A stretch of DNA of 53,621 nt, filler included, from Bipalium vagum (Eukaryota), in assembly GCA_037834085.1 (NCBI GenBank). It is 3 parts of 3 records of this genome, joined end to end, with 100 filler letters (N's around TTAATTAATTAA, not from the genome) between each part and the next. Parts side by side here need not be neighbours in the genome. Positions count along the whole stretch, not along the records: positions 36,950 to 53,621 come from JBBMKC010099259.1; 2 more parts are not named here. The stretch is one strand, 5' to 3'. Position numbers and translations under genes: made by a program. The notes beneath the pieces are model-generated. The model did no database searches, was not told the DNA's origin, and saw nothing but the letters and a program-made list of their open reading frames with translations. Shown here in pieces: positions 39,031 to 51,000 of the stretch. Each line of letters starts with the position of its first letter. Positions within the stretch are counted from its first letter, which is position 1.

Positions 39031-42000
39031 CAGTTAAATTAGATTCTAAAGACAAAATAACGATATATGAATTTCAATCAAAAAAACTATTTTTTTCATT
39101 AGAGGTTAACATTTTTATAATTATTAATATGATACTAATACTTTTTAGATTATCAGTGGACAGAATGAAATAAATAAGATAATTGGTTTTAAAAATTTAC
39201 AAAATTCTCCTTTTGTTGTATCATTTTCTAATGAAAATATTAAAATGTGGGATATTGAATTGACAAAATATAATGTAAATGAAGGTTTATATTTTACTAT
39301 CTGAAAATTTTATTTAATGATTATTAAATATAGGTGAAACAGTTAATGGAATTATTCTTGCCCGAGATATATATTTCGAAAATTGTGTCATTCATCAATT
39401 TCAAAATAAAGATCTTATTATAGGAAGTAATAAGAAAACATTAACACTGTTAAATATTAAAGTAAGTAGATATAATTGGATTTTTTTGAATTTCCAAGCA
39501 AACTAGGACATTTCATAACTAAATAAAATTTTAGAATAAGAACTGTAAAGCTCTATGCATTTTTTCTGTTTGTTAAATTCTTTTTATTACACTTTGACTA
39601 AAAATGCATTTAATAAATTTTATAAAATCTAACTTAACGAACAATTTTTAAAAAATCTTTTCTTTCAAGAAATGCTTCAAGTGTTTATAAAAAGGTTTGT
39701 TGGAACGAAATCCGCTCCTTTAGAATTTATATTATCATTTGTTAAATATGTGAGGATACCTTATTATATTGGAGTAATGGTTCTTTTGATTGATTAAAGT
39801 AGAGTATTTCGTCAAACATCTTTTTCTTGTCCTTAAACTCTCAAAGCACTATATCACAGCCATTGTTAAACCAGGATGGACGAAAGAACATAGTATCAAA
39901 TCGATTAATCTTCACAACATTATATAATCATTTTAAAAATCTTTGGTTTAAAAAATGTTTTCGAGGGCTACTTAAGTGATATACATTGTAAAAAAAATTA
40001 GCCGTTGTGATAAGCAATACATTTTTCATCAAAAATAATAAGACGATACTTGGGTATAATTTCTTATGAATTAACTTCATTTTTCTTAGAATTTATGTTT
40101 TCTTAATATGCACAAATTTATCAAACTTAAAAAAAAAATTTAGTTGAACATCAAACATTCATTTTAACCGCTAACTCATAATTTATTAAATTAATTAAGG
40201 TGTTATTATGCAGAATTTTGATATTTTTGAAAAGCCTTGTAAACCTTAGAAATCTTATACAAATTTGACCACAACTAAATTGTCCTCTATTAGCAATTTT
40301 GATTTGACTTAGATTTTTATATAAATAAATTTATTTATATTTATATTTGACTAAATTTTTATTATAGGATTTACATTCGAATAATGATATGAACACATTA
40401 AGAATAAAACATTGTGACTTGATTTCTGACCCTGTACCCTATGAGAATGAAAATACTCTGATGATCATGTCTTTGTGTAGCGATAGAACATTTATTGTGT
40501 TCAAGTATCCAGATTTGGAAGTAGTTTATAAATCATCGATTTTGTCTTCAAATCCATTGACAAACTTAATTTTGATTGAAAGCCGTTCACAATTTTTGAT
40601 TGGGTCAGTGGCCGGAGAGGTGAGATTTTAATTTATTTCTGAAGACTGTAATTTTATTACTTATGATATGAATACAACCCTATTGAATTTTTCAAATGAT
40701 AAAAAAATTAATAACAAAGATTCTAGATTAACATTTAAAAAAAATTAATTTCAAAACTTTAATTTTTAATTATAACTATCATTTAATTTATAAATATATT
40801 GTCAAAAATTTTTTATTTCTACGAAGTCAAATAAGACTTCACCATCATCCATAATTTCCCAATATATTTTCCTATCAATTTTTCTGTCTTCAAAGAATTT
40901 GACTCAACAAGAGTTGTTCTTCGACGCATTCGAATCGATTTTTTTTGCATTCTATACTTGATTTTTTAAACTATCCTTAATATTTTCTGATGTGTACATA
41001 AAATCTTTTCTTGTTTCATGCGAATTGGAGTTCTTTTTCAATTTATTCAACACAATGAGGTACAAATGCTTCTCATATCTGTTAACATTTTTAACCATGC
41101 AAAAATTTTTTACCAGAAAAATTTACAAAATTATTAACATATTTTGTCCTTCTCAAAGTTTTACTGCCAAATAAAAAAATTGATAATTTTACACAATAAA
41201 AAAATTTTCAGTTTAAGATACGATATTAATTTCTTGATAACCTAAAGGTTTCAGATTTTATCTATAGAAGTGAGCACAGTATAATTAACAATTTAATAGT
41301 CCTTCTAAAATAGGGCATTGTATTTGAATGCTCTAGAGAATTTAATGCACTTAAATTTTTTTTACTTAAATTTTTTACTAAGGATTGGAAACTAGTGAAA
41401 TATTAAATCAATTTGAATTTTCGAAAAAAAAGGCATTCTTAATCAATTCTAATTTTTTAAAAAATAATTTAAAACTCACTGAAGAAAATAGATGAAAACA
41501 TTTCCAGATCAAATATATTTAATATATCATTTAAAGATCAATTTTAGATTTTTTTATTTTTTAAAATAAGTAAAAAATTGAAAATATATTTATTTATTAA
41601 AAGTGAAACAAATTGTACATGAGCCAAATGTATACGTATATAAGCCAAATTTGCTATTGCAGTAATAATATTTATGGTAACTTGTCAAAAGTAACCAGTA
41701 CAATCTTCAGTTTATATTGTTTGAAGTACATGGAATTTAAAATCATGCAATTTTCCGACAATTTTAATTCTTAAAATTTCTCGTATCGAGTTCTTTAGCA
41801 TAGAAAATACTTGTTTGATAGGCTTCAGCATATATGAGCAAGCGGATAATACTTAAACTCAAAATCAAATTAGCTTGTAATTTCTTCCAAATATTTTGCT
41901 TTGTTAATTCGAGCTTTATCCAATATTATACAGATATTATATACTCCTTTAACCTGACGCAGACATGTACATCTCTCTTATATAACCGGAAACAAAGCTC

Positions 42001-45000
42001 ATCTTTCTCTGTGGGAAACTGTTAACCTTTGAATATCAAATACTATGTATTGTAACACTGGATATTCAAGACAAATTTCATCCTCTAACAGTAGGAATTC
42101 AGATATTAGCCCTGATCCCACACTTAGAACGAGATTATGATCTTCAAAAATGCAAGTTGAATTTAAGTTCAACAACCAAATCGATGGTTGTATAATTATA
42201 ATCTTTAAACTTATTAAATCACAGCATATAATTTTGATAATTCAATGTATTTAGCTTTTTTTATGAGATAATTAAAAATTAACAATTAATTGTTAATATT
42301 TTAATTACGTTATAGAAGTTTTTTAAATTTTCGAGAAGCTTTGGAGATTTTTAATTAAAATAAATGTTGAAAGAAGAGAAATTGTCTTATCCAAAATAGT
42401 TAAGTTCTATTGAAGCTCACAGTTTACACGATATAATTCCTTTTGGAGTTTTTAAAGGTTATCATCATTTTCTTAAACGCGTTATTGATTGATCGAATCA
42501 ACATGGAATAAGATGAACTGTTATTTTTAAAAAACCGTTATTATGTTAAAATTTTATTACAAACTCAAAATGAATTACAACTTCAATTCCAGGAAACATT
42601 GACCTTTTTCCCAAATCACTTCTTCTGGACATTTTTTCCAGGAGGTTGGTCATGTAACATACAATATATACTTTTTCCTTTATTAATAAAATATATTTAT
42701 TTTTCATCTGTAATAACAGTGCGACGTCAAAAGCGGTCATCTGTAGGATTTTGAAAAAGATTTTTGAGCCTGACGTTTCGATTTAATTTAAACTATATCC
42801 AATTCAACCTAAACTTTATCCAATTTAATTTAAACTTTATTCAATTTAATTTGGATTAAATTAACCTGAAAACCCTGTAAAAAAGATCATGAAGATCTAA
42901 TTTAGGTTTCTGTGAGTTGTATTCAAGTTTTCTCACGTGTTGATTAATTGTATCTTTCGATGGTTCAATCATCATAAACAAATCGTATGTGGAGATATGT
43001 GGGTGATCAATTGCGTAGAACTCTTTCATTTATTAAAGGAGGTCTTCCTTGATGAGGATTATCTTCGAGACTAGTATCTCCGTTTTGAAACTTTTTGAAC
43101 CAATTTGAGACTGTGCTACAGACAAAGATACCTCATTCAAATAGTCCTTGTGATTGCAACAATACTAAATCCCTTTTCCAATAATGACGGATCAAAGCTC
43201 GAATTGAAATATTTTCTTCATTCATTTTACTATAATTATAAGTTCTAATAAATGCATTGATATGTTTATTTAGAAACAACTTACAAATATAGTTTGATAG
43301 TAAAATATCAATGATATCAAATTTTTTAGAATTTTTTATTAAAATACTTATTTTGACATAAGAAAATTAAACTATCGAAATCATGGAAACTTTTGATACA
43401 ACATAATATGATTTAACTTAACGAAGAGGAAGAATTAGTTTCTCTTTGGAATAATCGTGATCCAATAATAGCAAAAAGCTTTAAAACTATTATTACATTT
43501 TTCAAACATCTTATTTGTATGAATTCGGATTTCCAGCATTAAGCACCATAAAAATAGAAAAAAGATCAAGGCTCTAAAATATAAAAAACGGAATGAGGGC
43601 GGGTTCATCACTTTTACGTCCAAATATAAAACGGATAGTAAGAGATCAAGCTCAAATTTCATTTTAATTTGTAATTAATCACTTGATTAATTATAATTTG
43701 ATTAATAACAATTTATAACTCATCAAGCTTTATTAAATAAAAATTCTTCATTTTTACAAATTATTTTTATTCATTGAAAATTATTTTCATAAACTATTTT
43801 ACAGAATGAAGTATAGATATGTAAAAATCTGATAAACTTATTTTATTGTTAGGGGGACGCTAATTTTTGAAATTGTTAAGTGTGTCGTGACAAGAAAGTT
43901 TGAGAATCACTACCTTTAACAATCAATAATTTTATCATTCCAAAAAAAATAACTCATTTTTCAGATGTTCTTTTTCAGTCTCTTCACCTCAGGAGCCATG
44001 AAAATCTTGTATCGTTTTCGATTACATGAAACGTCTTGTTTCAATACTTTTAATGAAAACAATTCTTGTATAATAAACAATCCCAATGGTGTATTTAAAT
44101 CAAATTTGGAAATAGACTTTAAGAATTTTTCTATTTCCCGATCAGCAGAAAATCAATGTGGTATTATTCAGTTGGTTCATTGTTCTCAATTAAGTTGTAC
44201 CGAAAATATAAACAATTATTTGTAAGTTTTCCTTTAAAATTGTTTTCAGACTTACCAAAAAATTTCAGACAATATTTTGGAGATGAAGCTTTATCATTGA
44301 TTATTATATCTACAATTGCTGGAGTATTTTTGTGCAATTCCTCATCATATGAAATTTTAAATTTTCGTTCTTGGGGTTTCCTGGAAAAAAAATCGAGCTT
44401 TAATGATTTTCGTGAAATAAAAATTTTCATTATTAAAGATGTGAGTAAAAATGTAATTTCTTAAATGCTACTTTTTCAATTTTGCTTTTTTTTGTAAGAT
44501 GCTTTTTAAAATTAAAATCTTTTTTATCATTTGTATAAAAAATGAGAATTCTAAAAGAAAATGAAATGAAATTCGAATTTATAATTTCCAAGAAGACAAT
44601 GTCAACTTTAAAGACCATTAAATTGTGAAACGACATTTGAAAACATATTTCTGTTCAGAATCTACTCCTTTATGATACAGAAGGATTAAAACTCACCATT
44701 CATGACATTTATGAACTGGTAAGCAAAAAAGATTTTATTATACACGAAGACAGGTCAATGATGGCTCAGTAAGATTTAGTGATACTTGATTCCTTTTTAT
44801 ATTTGTGAACTATCACAAAACCATTTAATTTTTATATTTTTCTCAGTTTGCCAATTATTATATATATTCTATTAAGTTGGAAACAAAGTTCTCGCACTAT
44901 TTTTATTAGAAATGATTTCATTGAAAATATAACAAAAATACAAAACAATTCATCAAAAGTCCCATATCAGTCAATAATGTAGTCACCGTTGTTCTCCAAT

Positions 45001-48000
45001 ACTTCCTTCCAATGCATTTCTTGTAAAATTCCATTGGTTTGCTAGCAAAGAAATTTCCAACTGCAGTTTCCAATTCTCTATCAGTCCTACACTCTTTGTC
45101 TTTCAGGAAGTTCTGCAGCCCCGGGAATAAATGATAATCTGAGGGCGCTAGGTCGGGTGAGTATGGTGAGTGAGGCAAAACTTCACATTTCAACTGCAAA
45201 AGTTTTTGATGGGTGAGGTTTGAAACGTGTGGTCGGACATTATCATGAAGAAAGATTACTTGATTCGATCCTGTCCGACATTTTGGAAAGGCATCTGCTA
45301 CTCGTTGCAGTTGTTGTTGTCAATATAAATCTGAGTTAATGGTCTGATTACGTTCCAACATTTCGCAGTAAATAACGCCTTTTACATCCCACCACACACA
45401 TACTATGAGATTCTTTTGGTGCATTTCAGCCTTTAGCTGAGGTTGTGCAGTTGCTCCTTTGTCTATCCAGCTTCTTTTGCGTGTGATATTAGAGAACAGA
45501 CATCATTTTTTATCTGAAGTAAGTAAGTTATTCAGACAATCAGTTCGACGTTTTCTTGACATTAATGTTAAGCAGGCATCCGGACGGCGTTGCCTGTCAA
45601 AATCATTCAGTTTGTGGGGGGTCCAAACGTCTAGTTTACTAACTTTCCAAATTTCCTTCAAATGGTGTAAAATGGCTGTGTGACTGACGCAAAATGTCTG
45701 AGCTAGCTCTCGTGATGTCATATGTGCATCAGCTTCCACACATGAGCGAAAGAGTTTATTGTCGATAATGGGGAGTCGACCACTCCTTGCATTATCTTGG
45801 TTGTCCATATGACCACTCTTGAACTTTTTGAACCAATCAAAGGCTGTACGACGACCAATTGTATCTTCTCCAAATGCTTCGTTGATACGACTATTCGACT
45901 GGCTTCGTTTATACCGGATTTGAAATCATATAATAAGAACATACGCAATTGTTCGTGAGATAAGATGATTTTATCAGCCATATTATTATATTGGATATTA
46001 AAATGTGCGCTAAAATAAAAAGTAATATTTAAACAATATATTGTATCTAAATATATATCTATATTTAAATCAATTAGTTATAAAAAATTTTAAAAAGGAA
46101 TATAACAAAATAGTGCGAGAATTTTGTTTCCAACCAATAGATATTAATTTTAATAAAAAATAATGAGCTGCATTGAAAACGAGAATTTAAGAAATTGATT
46201 TCATATGAAAACTATGAGGATAATTGGTTGAATTTGTTAAGTATAAATTGGCTATTTATATCTGAATTTCAATTTTCTATAAAGAAGCAGAATTTACTAC
46301 ATCATGTGTCTTTACAATTATATTAGGTCGGTGTATAATTAATGCAGGTTATTATGAACTAAGTTTAAAACACTCTAACTTTGTCAAAAATAAATTTATT
46401 CATAAGAGTAAGATCCACTAGATTCAACGAATTTTGCCGATGAAAAACAAGCTTATTTAGTCCGGAGGTCTGACGACCATGAAAACTCTAATGACATTTT
46501 CAACAGCGTTCTTGTCTTTGAACTGTTCCTTCTGAATAAATTGATTAAGATTTTTAAACAGGTGATCTTTTGGGGAAAGATCTGGAGAATTTGATTGGTG
46601 AGAAAGAAAGAAACTCTCTGAGCTTTGCTGCTTCATTTTTGCAACATGTGCCGGGTATTGTCTTACAAAAATAATTGGGACCTTTCGGTTGACCAATGCA
46701 AGATAAAGACTTAAGTTTTTGGTGCATTTATTCGAGATCTTAGCAATACTTCATTGATTGTTTCACTTTATTTTAAAAAGTTATAGTAAATGGTACCATT
46801 AGAATTGCATCAAGCAGTTAACATGATCTTATTTTGGGGAATTGTTTCGGGAACTCATCTTTGTCCAACCATTGAGCAGAATGTTTTCTGTAGTCATTAA
46901 GACCCCACTTCTCATTACATGTCATAATTCGATCGAGAACAAATTGCTTTCATTTCGTTTATAAAGTGAGAAGCAGATCTCATAACAACGAAAATGTTGT
47001 TTACTTTTCAGTTGATGGGATACCCATTTGTCAAGTTTTATAGCTTTCCTATTTCCTTTAGATGATGCGATTTCTAAAGCAACAAAAAAAACAGTGATCT
47101 ATTTCAAATCAAAGATATGGTTGTCATTGACACTGGGAAGTTTTTAAATGTTTGTCTCTGCTCTGACTATGAATTTTTTCCAGATATTATGGGTATTAAT
47201 AATCGTCCTGGCTGCACATTTTTCCATAATTGAATTAATTTCTGCTATTTTAAATCCAAATGCTCCGAGTGTTTGGTAGTTTGATGGGAAACACGAACCC
47301 CCGGCTCCGATTATAAATGTTCTGTTATCATAGTACCATTTTCTTCCGAGTTCAGATTGAACTTCGTGCAACAAAGTCTGATATTTTTGCTTTGTCATTG
47401 CACTTGATAGAAACCTCTGATTCAAAGGGGACTTTGACATCTATAATTAGGTATCTTTTAAGCCCTTTATTCACTAATTGTATACCAGGAATTAAGTTTT
47501 TTCCTGAAAAAATTCCTGTCTTTTCAACGTGCATTTCCCATTCCTCTTTAAGCCATGTTAACTTGTGGAGTTCAGTTTCGATAATGTTTTTCAATTTATC
47601 GTTATTGGCGTCTCCATAGCGGCCGCGACGTTTACGATAATTGAGGCCAATAATAACATTTCTGAATTTTTTTTGAATCATTGTTGAACTGTGGATTTGT
47701 TAACAGGACTCTCTCCCCCAAACCTTGTTTACATTTCTAATTAATTTATTTAAAATACTATTTTATAAAGTCGTAATTTATAAATTCTTTTTATCCAATT
47801 TTTTTAATTTTAATAATTTTTATCCCAATAAAATAGCGATATTATATTATATTATTATTTTATATTATAATTTTATTTTATTTTTTTATATTATTATTTT
47901 ATTTTATATTATTATTATTTATATTTTCTCAATTAAGCAGATATTTAATAATCTTTGTCAGTCAGAAAAGGTCTATTGTCTCTTGAAAAAATCAATTATA

Positions 48001-51000
48001 ACAAAATCCGTTAAGAATATATATAAGTTAATATATAATTAATTATGATTTGAACTCATTTGTTGAATTTATTCTCAATGAAAATTATTATAGAACACAT
48101 CCTCTCCCATCATCTATTCTAGAGTCGATTTCGTTGAATCTTCCGAGAATCAACTCGGTTAAAATAGAAAATAAGAAAAAGTCAACTCTTAAATTTCATT
48201 CTATTGATAAACCTTTGACATTTAAAACAAAAATTAAGTCATCGGGTTATGCAAAAAACGAACCGATGTAAGCGTAGTTTTTTATTTAATTATAATTATT
48301 TATGATTTCTTATTTTCAGACGTCAATTATTCAAACCTGTTATTGACAATGTGAATAAAAATGAGAGAAGAAAATTCAATAATTTTATGTAACATTTTTC
48401 TTATTAAACTTTTTAAAAAGCGATTTTTACATAAAAAATTTCTTGAACTTGAATATTTCGTTTGGTATGTCAAAATTAGAAATTTTTCATTGAGAAATAT
48501 TATTTGATTGTAACATAATTTTCAATGACCAGTATTTTTAAAAATTCAAGTAAAGGATGAATACAGTTGGATTATTCTATAAAAGATGATAGCCATGAAA
48601 TATTTAAGAAATCGACCAAAAGGTTGAACAGTAATCATATACTTTGAAGTTCAATCAAAGAAATATCTTCAAAGACGCAATAACAGAATAAATAATAAAT
48701 ATAATGTAAAAAATAAATCGTCGTCAAATTGATCTTAGCATATCGTCTGACTTCAAGCAACATATACTTGAGAAGAATAAGACAGTTCGTTCACTGTGGT
48801 ACTAAATGGCAACGAAAAAATGAAGATATGAAAAGTTGCTCAACAATTTCTTCCAGATCAAATCAACGAATCATGTCAAATTGCTATCAAAAATTTAATG
48901 AAAAAGTGGAACCTGGTCGTACATAAAGTCGAAGATTACTTTTTTGATTAATCTTTTATTAGTGTAGTGTTTACATTAATGTTTTAAATATTAAAATAGC
49001 ACAAAAAATTATGTTACAATCAAATATTTTTAAATGAAATCGATTGCGTAAAATTTTCTTGGAATAATAGAATCAAAATTTATTTATTTTCAGATTATCA
49101 GAGATGATTGTATTAAATTTCCTACAATCGAAAATTTTTTTTAATCAAATTTTAATTTCAAATCAGATTTTAATCAAATAATTATTTTATCTTTTGTGCG
49201 ATAAATTTGATCAATTCTTTTGTATTTGTACCAAACAATGATTGATTGATTTTTTGAAATGAAATTTAATTATTTCACTTATACCTATTTTGAATTTTGG
49301 ATTTTAATCCAGTTCGTTTCATATTGATTTTGAAAAACTTCCATAAAATGAATATTTAAAATATTTTATGTAATCCATAATAACTGTTTTGTTTATCTTA
49401 ATCAGGTTTTTCGAGAAAAATCTAGAAGTTTTTTAAAAATAAAAAAATGTAAATAGAATTTAGTAAATGTATTTAAATAGAAATTAATATACAACTATAT
49501 GAAAGTCTATAAAATAAGATTATTCGATGTAATTTTATTAGCTGTTACAATCGAAACCTGTTAAATTATCCTTTTACCTCTTCAAGATTCAAATGTTCAA
49601 TTATATTCTTTACAGCATCATGTAATAACTTGTTAGTGATGTGAGCTCTTGTGTTGATCTGTGTCTCAACCACGCCAATAAATTAAAGTCAAATTAATTG
49701 TAGCCAGACCAAAAATCGGGTGACCAATTGTAAGTTAAATTTGTATAAGACCATGCTTAAATGTTCCTTGGTTTACGAACTGCAGCAGAGTATTGTTGGA
49801 ATATAACCATCATCCATCGGCTAACTTGTCGGTCCAGTGTTTCATAACTGTTCTCATTGTGTTGATATATCTCTTCGCGGTGACAGAATGAACTTTTTCG
49901 AAAAGTGATGGGAGTCATTAGATATGACAGCCAGCACCGTGACAATGCTGAAAACTTTGAATACTTGACAGTGGAAACATCAGAACCACAATGACAAAGT
50001 GGTCATTTGGTCGATTGGCTTTCTATCTTAAACGAAATATTTCTCATCGGGGAAGAACTTTAAAACCCACTGCTCTCTCGCTTCATGTCATTAAATAAAC
50101 CATGTTTCTTACGTTTACGGTTTAACCTTGTATATACTGCCAAGATGTGTTTTGTCGAGGCCATAAGATTTAAAGCATGTATCCTACCTTATTCCTATGA
50201 TAACTATTGACTTGGTCATTTTTATTTCATTTTCTAGGTCAGTCATATTTATGATGTCATCAGCATTGATCTCTTTTAAATCAGCTATAAAATTTAGATT
50301 GCTTTTTAGGTCATATGTTTGTGGAATTTTTTTTGCATTTAGATTATTTTTGTCATCATAGTCCTTAAGCCTTTTAGATGTTTTAAAATGTTATCTTGCT
50401 ATCGCCAAATCAATCAATGATTTTCTTGTGTGGTTTTCCTGTGCACTACTATTCGATCTAATTCTGAAGTAATATCTGAAATTATAAAATTTAATTATCT
50501 ATAATTAATATTATCGATAAATTAGATTAGTAAATAAATAAAGGTTAGATGGATTTTATTAAAAAACCATATTTATACAACATTGAAAACATTCCCGATT
50601 TATCTCGAACACCCCATGATAATATATTATTAACAAATAATATAAATAGTAATCAACACTTAAGTTGTCACATAAATTATAAAGTTTGTTGAAAATGAGT
50701 CCTTAAAATATATTTACTAATAAATGTACTAATGATTTATTTTGCTAACTGATGTATTTTATGGTAAACAATTTTCAAAAGTATTTAGTTAAAAATTTCC
50801 TGATATGTAAAATTAATGAGATGTTAGAAATTCATTACAATCGATGGTTTCTACTTTGAATAATGTATCTTTTTAATTACTTAAAAAGAATAGCTTTTAA
50901 CGTATACATATATTGAGTTGTTCGGAAAGTCACTTCGGTTTTTTATACCTATCTTTAAATCTTAATTTAAAGCACGTAAGTCATTTTAAAGATTGAGATA

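Noticed and set aside
44222-44249. Apparent 28-nt ultra-short intron in WDR27
   Set aside because: The phase is incompatible (leads to a stop). The acceptor at 44268 gives a normal 47-nt intron in frame.
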